From Takakia lepidozioides (lineage: Eukaryota > Plantae > Bryophyta): 64,000 bases of DNA. Every line of letters starts with the position of its first letter. The first letter of the stretch is position 1. The notes beneath the pieces are model-generated. The model saw only the letters and a program-made list of their open reading frames with translations, was not told the DNA's origin and searched no databases. Shown here one piece after another: positions 39,109-50,293 of the stretch. Location of the stretch: contig CM060731.1 in NCBI GenBank assembly GCA_030704615.1, forward strand, positions 39,742,001 through 39,806,000. The letters are read 5' to 3'. The position numbers and the translations under genes are program-made.

Positions 39109-42100
39109 CAGCAACCAGTCACTTGTGTCATTTCTTTCTACTAGAGGCTTATAGTGCCACCAACAGTACTTGGCACGTCGGCCCATTTGAAGGGCACATA
39201 AATACCAAAGAGAGCACACAAAGAGGAATAGGACCTTACTTATTCGACGCCACGAGCTGCCCATCCAATGATGCTATGACCCTGCCACAACAGACATTTG
39301 TGATGAATGACATTAGTTTCTCTCTTTCCTGTCAGTTTTTCAAGACAACGGAGGTCTTGTCCCATATGTTGTCAGCTAGAGGGGCAGTGCTGCAGTGCTT
39401 ATGCTTTCTGTAATACGACAGCTGAAACCGACACTCAATTCGCTTAACTACCTTTTAGTTGGGTATGTCAGAACAATATGGTAATTTTGGGTTCAATCCC
39501 ATAGGTTGTGGTGGGCTAAACCCCCCGAAATGGCTCCCCAATAGTTAGTACAGCACAGAACATTCATTGTGTTCCTTACCTTTTCCATTATGTGCCAAGT
39601 CTTGCTAGCATTCAATTGGAGGTAGCATCATGACAGTTCACAACAAATCTGGAAGGTGTGAGCTTCCAGTCTGTCAAAACAACTCACATTGTGGTCAACT
39701 AGATGAAACCATACTGTAACAGCAATGCAAATTCTTCCATAATTTTACCCCAATTCCTTGTATCATTTGACCATAGACAGCCCTTGACTACAGCCATCAT
39801 CAGACGCCTTCAAGACAAAGCAGACTGGCTGGCCCATATTATTTTGAGTGAATTGTATGTTTTGCAGTTTCATTTCATTCAACCAAAGCAACCCACTGTA
39901 TGAAATATCCCTGATATCTTGAAAGGTCCTTCTAAATGACCTGCCATGCTGTAAGTGATATGGCCACCTTGCAACAAAATTGTGGTTCAAAGCAAAAACA
40001 TAGACGGACTAAGAAAAGTACCCAGAAAAGTCAGGGCTGGTACACTCCAAAATACGATCAAGATCATGATCCATACTGAAGAAAGGACAGTTTTCACATC
40101 CCACATCTTTGAACTGCAATCCTCCATATTATAGAAGGTAAAGAATCGTAAGTGTTCCAACTCCACCTAGATCTGCATTCCAATAAGGAGATACGTTGCC
40201 TGTCAGAAGACAAAGATCATTCTTCTTGGGGGACTACAAACAACTTGGCCCGGGAGGGTTGCCACACAACAAAGCTTACTCCTATGCGGTATGGCAAGCC
40301 ATCATTGGCAGAGAGGAAGCAACTTAGATCTCTCTATCCCTCCCTCTTTGTCACTGGCAGTGCAAACACAGCCACATGTTTCACAAGGCAGAGGGGGCTA
40401 GAGGGGGCAGTGGAGAAGCATCTATGCAGTATGATGTCAAGTACCCCCTTAAATCAATACTCCTTCCCAATCTAAGTGGACTGCCGTTGACTGTCCCTGA
40501 GCACTACGGAAGTTTCAGACTGCATCGTAATTATGACAATGGACTACACCTACAACTAGTGCCTGGAGGGATAATCCGCAGGAACTAAACCTCAAAAACT
40601 ATGCGTTCCGGCACACCATATCGTTGAGGCTGTCCATTGAAGCCAGACTGGCCTGTGTTTGACAAGCCAAGTCACCGCAGAAGTAGGGAGACGAAATGAA
40701 ATCCTGAATATCTCGAGGAGGTTCCCTTGGCAAGTCAGAGGAGGGGTTTGAAGTAAGATTGTTGAGGAACTCATTCTCCTGAGAGAATGACATCAAGCTA
40801 CAAATCTACTCACCGCCTTCGATAAACAACTCCGTGAGACCTTCAGGGTTTCCGGGCATTCGGCACTAGGCTAAGGTTCAAACTAGACACTGACTATTAG
40901 TGTATAGCATGTTCACCTGGTCGAAGGTTTTGACGAGTCCACAGCGCACACAAACTCGCAGCTCCCGCCCAAAACTGCTCGGAACCTGCGCTGGGGCCAT
41001 CTCCCTCCCTCTGTGTGTCTCTCAAAATGCCAACGGGGCCATTCTCTCTCTACCCTCTCGTCCTCTATCTTTCTTCAGCGCTTCTCTCCTCTCCCTACGA
41101 AGGAGCCGCAAACAAATCTATCATTCTATCAATCTCTCTCTCCCTCGCCCTATCTTATTTGCAAGCATCCACCAACCCAAAAAAACAAACAGACAAACAA
41201 ACAAATCCCTCTTTCGGATGCTTCTCGGTTACCACCACATAGCCATAGCTCGTGCTTCTCCCGAGTTAGTTCGTTAGTTCCCCTCCACGCGGACGTCATT
41301 GCTTTCTTTTTACAAGTCGTCAGTCTCGCACGCGCGACATAAAATGGGTAGTCTCTTCGGATGTACCTACATGCTAGGAATCCCTTTGAAGTTTGCACCG
41401 GTATTATTGTTGATGTCAAAGCCATTTTGTGCAGAACAGGTTTTATAGCATGCAACCGTGTTATGTTTTAGATACAGCAGTGCTACGTGCGTCTCCATTT
41501 GACTTCTTGGAAATCCGTTGTACTATATGGTGATATGACAGTTGGAGTTAGAAAAAAGTGATGAAGAGCCAGGAACCAGGGGCTCAAATTGTGGACAACA
41601 TAACTGTTCCTAGTTTTTGGAAGCGATGATGAGAATGAGGTTCTTCAATTCGAGTTCCTGTAGGCCTCCAAAATTACTTAGCAGGGCTTGTGAAGTAGTT
41701 GAGCACAAAATCATAGATCATCTCCACCCCTGTAATTGCATTCAACAACGAGCTTATCAGTAAGTACATTTCCCTTCTTGCACTACCGAGGGAAGGAATC
41801 GCAATCCTTAATGTTCCATCAGCTCAATAAAACAGTGATTGAATGTCATAAAAAGACCCTTGGAAGATGGGAAGATGGGAGAGCACAAGCTGCGTGGCAA
41901 GAATGGTAAGCAAGTACGCCTAATATAGGGGTTGAGCTGCTGCTTCTCTCTATGCCTAGACTTGTTCCCCTACGCCCAGAATTTCTGGAAACCCCAACAT
42001 GACTCTATGCAGCTCTATTATCCAAGAGGCTCTTATAAAATGTTCAGGTTGACATCGCCATCGCTACCTTGGTCTGGTGAGAGCGATGATGGTGGCAGAC

Positions 42101-43216
42101 CATGGCCAGCTTGCTAACAGTGGGTATTGCTGGATCCAGCAGGGCGCTGCTGGGCAGCCCTGTACTGGGTGCAGGTTTGCATTCGCCTCCTTCATTTCCC
42201 CGAAATCACTCGGCTGGCCTTCTCCCCCTGGGCGTTGCGCAGCGTCAGAGCGACCTTAGCTTGTACAATGATGCAGCTGGTATGACAAGCAGGGGTGGTG
42301 GTGTGTTGGTGCCCCTGTTGGCAGCTGCCCTTGTTGGTGAGTCCTCTGAATCTTTCGCGGTGTGTGAGTGGGAGGCTTGGCATCGCCATTCTCCTGGTAC
42401 TCTGGAAACTTGTCTTTGCAGTAGTTATCAGGCACAAGAATAGCCTTTTTAGGAGACGGAGCACAATGTACATGTCCTTCGTATTGGTCCGATTTTAATA
42501 ATCCTGTGCAGTCATTAAGGTAGAACTGATAGGCTACTGCTCCTGTCCATCCTTTTCCTACTATGGATTTTCACACTGTGGATCCCACTGTGTGGATTGA
42601 CTCTGAGCGCAATGAAGCAGCCTGGATCACTCAAGTAAGTCGAGTCTTTGAACTGCAAGCAGGGAAACTCCGAAGATTTAGTCTGCTTATGCCCACTATA
42701 TCTAGATGTCAGTTATTGGTGTATGGGCCTCAAAGAATCTAGAATTCTCGGAGTGCAAAGTCTGGATGGCCACCGTCCAGTCTATCTTTGTTTCCACTTT
42801 TGGTGCTGTTGATGTATGGATGACAATCATATGGTTGATTGGAAGAGAGCTGCTGTACACTTAAAATTGAAGTGTGGGTAATGGAGGTCAGGTGGGGGCC
42901 ATATAATGGAGGCATTGATGGCATCAGCCACAATACTGGCCGTGGATGTAGCCGACCTATCGGGCCAGGATATATACAGGGATCTCCTTCAGAAATTCAA
43001 GGTGTGACTTTGTGGGTTTTTGTCATGCCTTATCACTTTAGATCTCTCACCTTAAGGCAGAATTCCAAATTCTCTGTTGAAAGGCATCAAAAGTGAATGT
43101 GATTGGTGTTGGTGTTCTTCCTTTTTTAGCAGGCACGATAGTAGGTTGTTCAAAGAGTACTGATGTTAGTTAGCTGTTATTTGTAGCCTGCTCTCCGCAA
43201 GACTGTAGTTGAAGCT

Positions 43217-46200
43217 ATGGCTGCTCAGCTGCCCACCCATGGATTTCACAGAAAAGTCCAAGATCACCAGGTTTCAGACGTAAACACAAAAATGAGGTCC
43301 TGTGGATTGACAGTTGGTCGAAGTCTCCTAGGATAAAAGCAGAGCTTGCTGACATGATACCAATTCGAGCACAATATGGTGATGGTTTGAATGTTGATGT
43401 AAAGCATGGAGCTCCAAGCATAGAACGCGACAGGTACTGCTTTCATCATTATTCAGGGTTCCAACTGCAATTAATAAAATTGGTTCAGTGTTTTCTCATG
43501 GTATAAGACTCCTCTTTTTGTATCCTTATGCATAGGTGGCAAGATGCCTGGCATCAAAAGACATTCCTCTTTGAAGTATCTAGAAGTTTGAGATTTATTA
43601 TATTAGTAAAAAGTTTGATGATGGTTTACTTTCAGTCATGCAGAATTCGAGGGAATCATGCGCAGCTGTTTGGTGGATATCAGACAGGCATCAGAAGCAG
43701 CCCCTCCACCAGCATAAGTGCCTTCAAAAGAGGACCAAGAGCGGGCGTCAACAAGAAGTCTTCAGGCCCCCCTGGGGATGTGAGGATGCTATGTAAGGCG
43801 GGACAGCTGAAGGAAGGACTACACATTTTGAACCAACAAGGCATTCAGGCAGACTCAAAATCTTATGCCTGTCTCTTGCAGGAGTGCATCAACATGAAAG
43901 ACCTAGCAGAGGGAAAGCAGGTGCATGCCCACATCATCCAAAGTGGATTCAAGCCAGACATCTTCCTATTCAACACCCTTGTTAACATGTATGCCAAGTG
44001 TGGCAGCATTAAGGATGCACGCCATGTGTTTGATATAATGCCTGAACGAACTTTGTTTTCGTGGACAATAATGATGGCAGGGTATGCCAGGAATGGGTGT
44101 GGTAGGGAGGCTTGCAAGATCTATGAACAAATGCAATCAGAAGGTGTGATGCCCGACAAGGTCACGTTTATTTGCGCACTAAATGCATGTGCCAGCATAG
44201 GAGCCCTGCAAAAGGGAAAAGAGGTCCATATGAACATCATCAAAGCTGGAATTGTGCCATATATAGATCTGGAGAATTCCCTTGTTGACATGTATGCCAA
44301 ATGTGGGAGCATGAAGGATGCATGTCAAGTGTTCAACACTATGGCTTTAAGAGATGTGGTCTCATGGAATATCATGATTGGAGGATATGCTCAGCATGGG
44401 TGTGGTAGAGAGGCTTTCAATATCTACAAGCAAATGCTACAGGGAGGGGTGACACCCAACAGGGTCACCTTCATTTGTGTGGCTGGTGCCTGTGCCAACC
44501 TGGGAGCCCTGGAGGAGGGCAAACAGGTACATGCTGACATCATCAAAGCTCGAATTTCATCATACTTAAGTTTGGAGAATACTCTTGTCAACATGTATAC
44601 CAAATGTGGGAGCATGAAGGATGCGCGTGAAGTGTTTGACAAAATGGGAGTACGGGATGTGTTCTCATGGAGTGCGATGATCGCAGGATATGCGCAGCAT
44701 GGGCGTGGTAAGGATGCTTTGAAGATCTATGAAGAAATGCAACAGGAGGGGTTGATGCCCAACAATGTCACATTCATTTCAGTTCTCAGTGCGTGCGCCA
44801 GCCTAGGAGATCTGGAAAAGGGCAAAGAGGTCCATGTGGACATCATAAAAGCTGGAATTGCTTCATACATTACTTTGGAGAATACCCTGGTCGATATGTA
44901 TGCCAAATGCGGGAGTATGGAGGATGCACGTCAAGTGTTTGATAAGATGGCTGATAGGAATGTGGTGTCATGGAGTGCAATGATCACAGGATATGCGCAG
45001 CATGGGCATGGTAAGGAGGCTTTAGTGATCTATAAGCAAATGAAACAAGTGGGGGTGATGCCTGACAGGGTCACATTCATCTGCATTCTTGATGCGTGTG
45101 CGAACCTAGGAGCCCTGGAAAGTGGGAAAGAGGTCCATGCTGACATCATCAAAGCTGGAATTCTGCCATATATCAATTTGGAGACTGCCCTGACTGACAT
45201 GTATGCCAAATGTGGGAGTATGGAAGATGCACGGCAAGTGTTCGACAATATGTCTCAAAGGGATGTGGTCTCATGGAATGTGATGATAGCAAGATGTGCC
45301 CAGCATGGATGTGGTAGGGAGGCCCTACAACTATTTGAACAAATGCAACAGGAGGGCTTGAAGCCAAATGGCAGCACCTTTATATCTCTTCTCTCTGCAT
45401 GTAGCCATGTGGGCCTAGTGGATGAAGGCTGTCACTACTTTTACTGCATGACTATAGATCATGGCCTTGCTCCTACAATGGAACAGTTTTCCTGCATGGT
45501 GGACCTTCTTGGCCGTGGAGGGCGAATGGATGAGGCACAGAGGCTTATCAACCATATGCCAATGAAACCAGATGCCGGAGTGTGGACGGCCTTGCTTGGT
45601 GCCTGCAGAGTTCATGGTGATATGGAGCTAGCAGAGCATGCAGCAGAAATCCTTCTCAATGTTGATCCGCAGGACCCTGCAGCTTATGTGCTATTATCAA
45701 ATGTCTATGCTGCAGCTGGCCAATGGGACGATAAAGCAAGAGAGAGAAGAATGATGGAGAACAGAGGTGTGAGAAAGGACACAGGGTGTAGCTGTATTGA
45801 GGTGGACAACCGGGTCCATACTTTTGTTGCAGAAGACGAAATGCATCCACAAGTTGAGGACGTGTGCTGAGCTAAAATGATTCTCTAAGCTAATGAAGGA
45901 GGTCGGGTATGTGCCTGAGATGTGGTTTGTGAGGGGGGATGTCTGGACCCAAGGGCCTTGACAGGCGTGAGGTCCTGCATGAGGGGCTGGAGCCCGAGGC
46001 CCCTAGCGCCTTTGAACGCTGCGGGTCCAGGCATTCCCCGGCATGGCAACCGTTCCTCTGTGCAAGTACAACCTTCCCGTGCGCAGATGGCACTTTCCTT
46101 CTGCCTGCACCTTGCATTTCATACAACAGAAGGTTGATCTGCACCCTCGCGGAAGGCTGAAGCCATGGCATTTACACTCAAGAGGTGTGGTCGAAGGCCG

Positions 46201-46381
46201 AAACCCCGAAGGCCATTCTGTATTCCCTGATTTGGCGGAACAAAAGGAACGTTCTTTTGGGCTCATCAGTTCACCCCCTGGGACATCATCAAGAACCTGC
46301 AGGCGTGTGGTGACTGCCACACCGCCACCAATCTCATCTCAAAGATAGTTGGGCGAGCAATTGTTGTGTGGGATGCCAACC
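43217..46381 (+). pseudogene. PLS-class PPR gene (5 MY(A/T)KCGS S-motifs, P2L2S2, E1E2) with destroyed DYW domain; main ORF 43644-45870 could still give an E-class protein
   Basis: 303-bp periodic P-L-S triplets. Exon 1 (43217-43433) has a 1-nt frameshift relative to the paralogue. After HPQVED there is a frameshift and stop, then GYVP, a 335-bp insertion replacing the HSEKLA segment, and the remnant FGLISSPPGT/IIKNLQACGDCH...DAN. Confidence 0.9.
45919..46253. other. 335-bp GC-rich insertion with a long stem-loop, replacing the catalytic half of the DYW domain
   Basis: Boundaries come from comparison with the paralogue DYW. A 17-bp stem pairs 45934-45950 with 46023-46039 (two G-U pairs). Confidence 0.75.
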
Positions 46382-47673
46382 GGCCTCCCAGCATGGGATC
46401 ACCCTAATCTACTAAAGCGATTTCACCAAAAATCTGCAGATTCATGACCCAGGGACACAGTTTTGGCCATATCTTTGCAAAGTCGATCTATAGAAATGAA
46501 CCGTGGCATTATGTTGCTAACTACATCTTCTATCTGCACATTAATTTTCACCGAGTTTCATTGCATGAATTGCAAGATCATGAATTTTTTGTGAGCTGCG
46601 ACTTGGAATTCAACCAGTCTATAGGCCCTTAAACTTCACAACCCCTATCGTATTCTGTAAATGGAGTATCTAAATAACATGCAATTCACACAGAATCTCC
46701 CTCATCATGTCGTCCACCTATCTCTGTAAAGTTTCCCTTCGGCTCAAATGCAAAAGCAAGCTGCCTCTCTCTGGATCAGGAGTCAGTGGAATGGTTTCTC
46801 AGCAGCAGATGGTGGATCTTGTAGTTCTTGTGTTTAGACAGTGCTTGCTCTTTCTCATAGTGTATACCTTTATCTTAGTTGTTTGGAAATTCATACATCG
46901 TTTTCCTTTCGTGCCAATGCCACCAACCATTTTTCAGAAAGATCGAGCAGTAATCCAAACTGAGTCATTATCATCTTTGTCCGGAGAAGCTGCAGAACTT
47001 GATTCTGGTTGAGGATTGTTCTTGGAGTGGCGTGGAGCTTGAAAAGGACCGAGCAACGATTGGGTGTAGAAGTGCATATAGTAAGTGTATCAAAATTTAC
47101 TACTAGAAAATGTCAAGTATACAAGGGGGACCTTAGGGTATGTAAAATAGCAGGCTACCATTTGTTTTCCCTGCTCATGTCGCTGGCAGAGTTTCCATGT
47201 TTTGAGCATTCTGTTGAATTACTGGAAGTGTTTGCTGTTGGATGGCTTACGAGTCTGCATAGCCTGCTGTCGTCTTTGAATTTGTTCTCAGGTCAGTAGC
47301 CGGTTGGGATTTTCGGAAGTGGGCTCTGGTTTGTTCTTCCATAAGGAGAGCCATTCCCTTCAAACCTTCGTATTTTCCTACCCACTCTACTCAGCCGCCT
47401 GCAAATGTTGGAGGCCGAATGCGTGATTGCCAGCCATAACAAACAACCGGGAGATATTTACTCATCGCTCATCCCCTGTGGCTTGGCCATGACATTGCTA
47501 TCAACCCACCCCGAGCCAGTTGTGGAGTCTACCTACGAGGATACGGGAACTCAGCCCCAAAACCCCGGTCTTGCGTACAGCTATCTAAAAGGATGTTACA
47601 GGGAATTCAGGATGTTCTTCCCTTGATATTTGAGTACCTTCACCGGTAGTATTGGAGCATTTATGCAGCTATT

Positions 47674-50293
47674 ATGGGAGGTTTGGCTGCTCAGCTGCCC
47701 ACTCGCAATGTTTACAGAAAAGTCCCAAATCAACAAGTCTTCAGCCATGAACGCACAAATGAGGTCCTTTGGATTGAAAATTGGTTGAACCCTCCTGGTG
47801 TGGAAGCACAATCTAATGCTGGTTCTAAAGTCGATGTACGCCACGCAGCTCCAGGCCTAGAATTCAACAGGTAATGTTTTGATTACGCTTCCAGGTTTCC
47901 AATTCAAGTGAATGAAGATGGATACATGTAATCTCCAAGTAGGTGCTCCCTGTTGACCTGGTGGAAAAAGCATACTCTCATGGACACATCTTTCTGTAAA
48001 GTATGAGGGGCTTAGAGGTTCGCCTGTGTAAGGACTCAGTTTTTGTCATGCAGGATGGCAGGGTTGAATCTGTCACAGTTTGTTGGATATCAGACTGGCA
48101 GCAGGGGTACCACCTCCGCCCTCATCACTTCTTTTGAAAGAAGAGCAAGAGAGGGAGTGACCAATGATTATTTGGGCACTTGTGGTGATGTGACGTCACT
48201 ATGTAAAACCGGACGATTGAAGGATGCCCTGCACATTTTGACTGGAAGCGGCTTTTGGGCAGACTCCAAGACCTACGTCTGTATCTTGCAGGAGTGCATC
48301 AACAGAAAAGGTCTAGCAGAGGGAAAGCAGGTGCATGCCCATATTGTCCAAAGTGGATTCAAGCCAAGTATCTTCTTACTCAACACCCTTGTCAACATGT
48401 ATGTCAGGTGTGGGAGTGTGGTGGATGCACGTCAAGTGTTTGACAAAATGCCTGAACGAGAAATGTTTACATGGAATACTATGATAGGAGGATATGCCAA
48501 GCATGGGTGTGGTAGGGAGGCTTTTGAGATCTATGAGCAAATGAAACAGGAAGAGGTGACACCCAGCAAGGTGACGTACACTTGCCTTCTCAATGCGTGT
48601 GCCCGCCTAGGAGCCCTGGAAAAGGGCAAAGAGGTCCATGCCGACATCAGCAAAGTCGGGATTGCTCCAGATATCATTATGGAGACTGCCCTAGCTGACA
48701 TGTATGCCAAATGTGGGAGCATGAGAGATGCGCGTCAAGTATTTGACAACATGGCTAAACGAAATGTAGTCTCATGGAGTGCGATGATTACGGGATATGC
48801 TCAGCATGGATGTGGTGGGGAAGCTTTAGAGATGTATGAGCAAATGCAACAGGAGGATGTAACTCCTGACAAGGTCACGTTTATTTGTGTTCTCAATGCA
48901 TGTGCGAGCCTAGGAGACCTGGAAGTAGGCAAAAAGGTACATGCTGACCTTAGCAAAACTGAAATTGGGCCAGACATGATTCTGGAGACAGCCCTTGCTG
49001 ACATGTATGCCAAATGCGGGAGCATGAAGGATGCACGTCAGGTGTTCGACAACATGGTGAATCGAAATGTGGTCTCATGGAGTGCAATGATCGCAGGATA
49101 TGCTCTGGATGGCTGTGGTAAGGAGGCGTTGGAGATCTATGAGAAAATGCTACATGAGGGGGTGACACCGAACAAGGTCACATTCATGGGAATCCTCAAT
49201 GCATGTGCCAGCATAGGAGCCCTTTACAAGGGCAAACAGGTACATGTTGACATCATCAAAGCTGGAATCCCACCATATATTGATTTGGAGACTGCCCTCG
49301 TTGACATGTATGCCAAATGTGGGAGTGTGAAGGATGCATGTGAAGTGTTTGACAAAATGGCTCAACGAGATGTAGTCTCATGGAGTGTGATGCTCACAGG
49401 CTGTGCACAGCATGGGTGTGCTAGGGAGGCCCTCCAACGATTTGAGCAAATGCAACAGGAAGGCTTGAAACCTGACAGTGTCACCATTTTATCTCTTCTA
49501 TCTGCATGTAACCATGGGGGCCTAGTAGACGAAGGTCGTCATTACTTCGATTCAATGATTCAAGATCATGGCCTCACTCCTACAGTGGAACATTTTAGCT
49601 GCATGGTGGACCTTCTTGGCCGTGCAGGCCGGTTGGATGAGGCAGAGGACTTCATTAACATCATGCCTGTCGAACCAGATGCTTTGGTGTGGGAGGCTCT
49701 GCTTGGTGCCTGCAGAGTTCATGGCGATGTGGAGCTAGCAGAACGTACAGCAAAAAGTATTCTCAAGACTGATCCACAGAATGCTGCTGGTTATGTGCTG
49801 CTGTCAAATATCTATGCTGCAGCTGGCAGGTGGAATGACAAAGCAATAGTTACAAAAATGATGCAGGACAGAGGTGTTAGAAAGGAGAGGGTGCAGCTGG
49901 ATTGAGGTGGACAGCCAAGTGCATACATTCTTTGTAGAGGACAAGTTACATCCACAACTTGAGGACATCCATGCTGAGCTGGATAGATTGTCGGGTCAGA
50001 TGAAGGAGGCCAGATATGTGCCCGACAAAAGTTCTCTATTGCATGATGTGGAGGAGGAGCTAAAGGAGTTTTCTCTTTGCCACCATAGTGAGAAGCTAGC
50101 TATTGCTTTTGGACTCATTAGCACAGCCCCTGGGACGCCTATCCGTATCATCAAGAACCTTCGGGTGTGTGGTGACTGCCACACCGCCGCGAAGTTCATC
50201 TCGAAGATTATTGGGCGAACTGTTGTTGTACGGGATGCCAACCACTTTCACCAATTCCAAGATGGGGTATGTTCTTGTGGAGATTACTGCTGA
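47674..50293 (+). CDS. PLS-class PPR-DYW organellar C-to-U editing factor (4 S-motifs); DYW domain out of frame because of a 2-nt deletion near 49888
   Basis: Exon 1 (47674-47870) splices in frame to 48054. The ORF to 49905 ends RGVRKE-RVQLD*. The shifted frame carries GCSWIEV, HPQ, YVPD, HSEKLAIAFGL, KNLRVCGDCH and HQFQDGVCSCGDYC*. Confidence 0.92.

Larger units (their letters stand above)
35305..41000 (-). pseudogene. SPT4: Transcription elongation factor SPT4 homolog, degenerate (exons 41000-40917, 40113-40022, 39281-39240, terminal remnant ~35376-35305)
   Basis: Exon 1 MAPAQVPSSFGRELRVCVRCGLVKTFDQ and exon 2 FKDVGCENCPFFSMDHDLDRILECTSPDFSG match the plant SPT4 pattern, with both CxxC pairs. 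Exon 3 lacks the DPxxS segment and has a scrambled WAARW. FVPG and RVPCV remnants lie near 35360-35310 (lower confidence). Confidence 0.85.

Noticed and set aside
46150-46275. Hammerhead ribozyme (CTGAAG...GGCCGAAAC on plus; CTGATGAG on minus)
   Set aside because: The plus-strand core lacks CUGANGA and a proper stem III/UH. The minus-strand CTGATGAG is just DYW codons with no stem II-GAAA.
47390-47600. Possible LTR fragment ending TGTTACA upstream of PPR-2
   Set aside because: No matching start, TSD or second copy in the window.
44121-49365. Repeated antisense ORFs (MLPHLAYM...)
   Set aside because: Shadow frames of the PPR repeats.
49889-50293. U-to-C (DYW:KP-type) editing factor
   Set aside because: It has HSEKLA and a GCSWIEV (PG-box-type) sequence, consistent with the C-to-U class.
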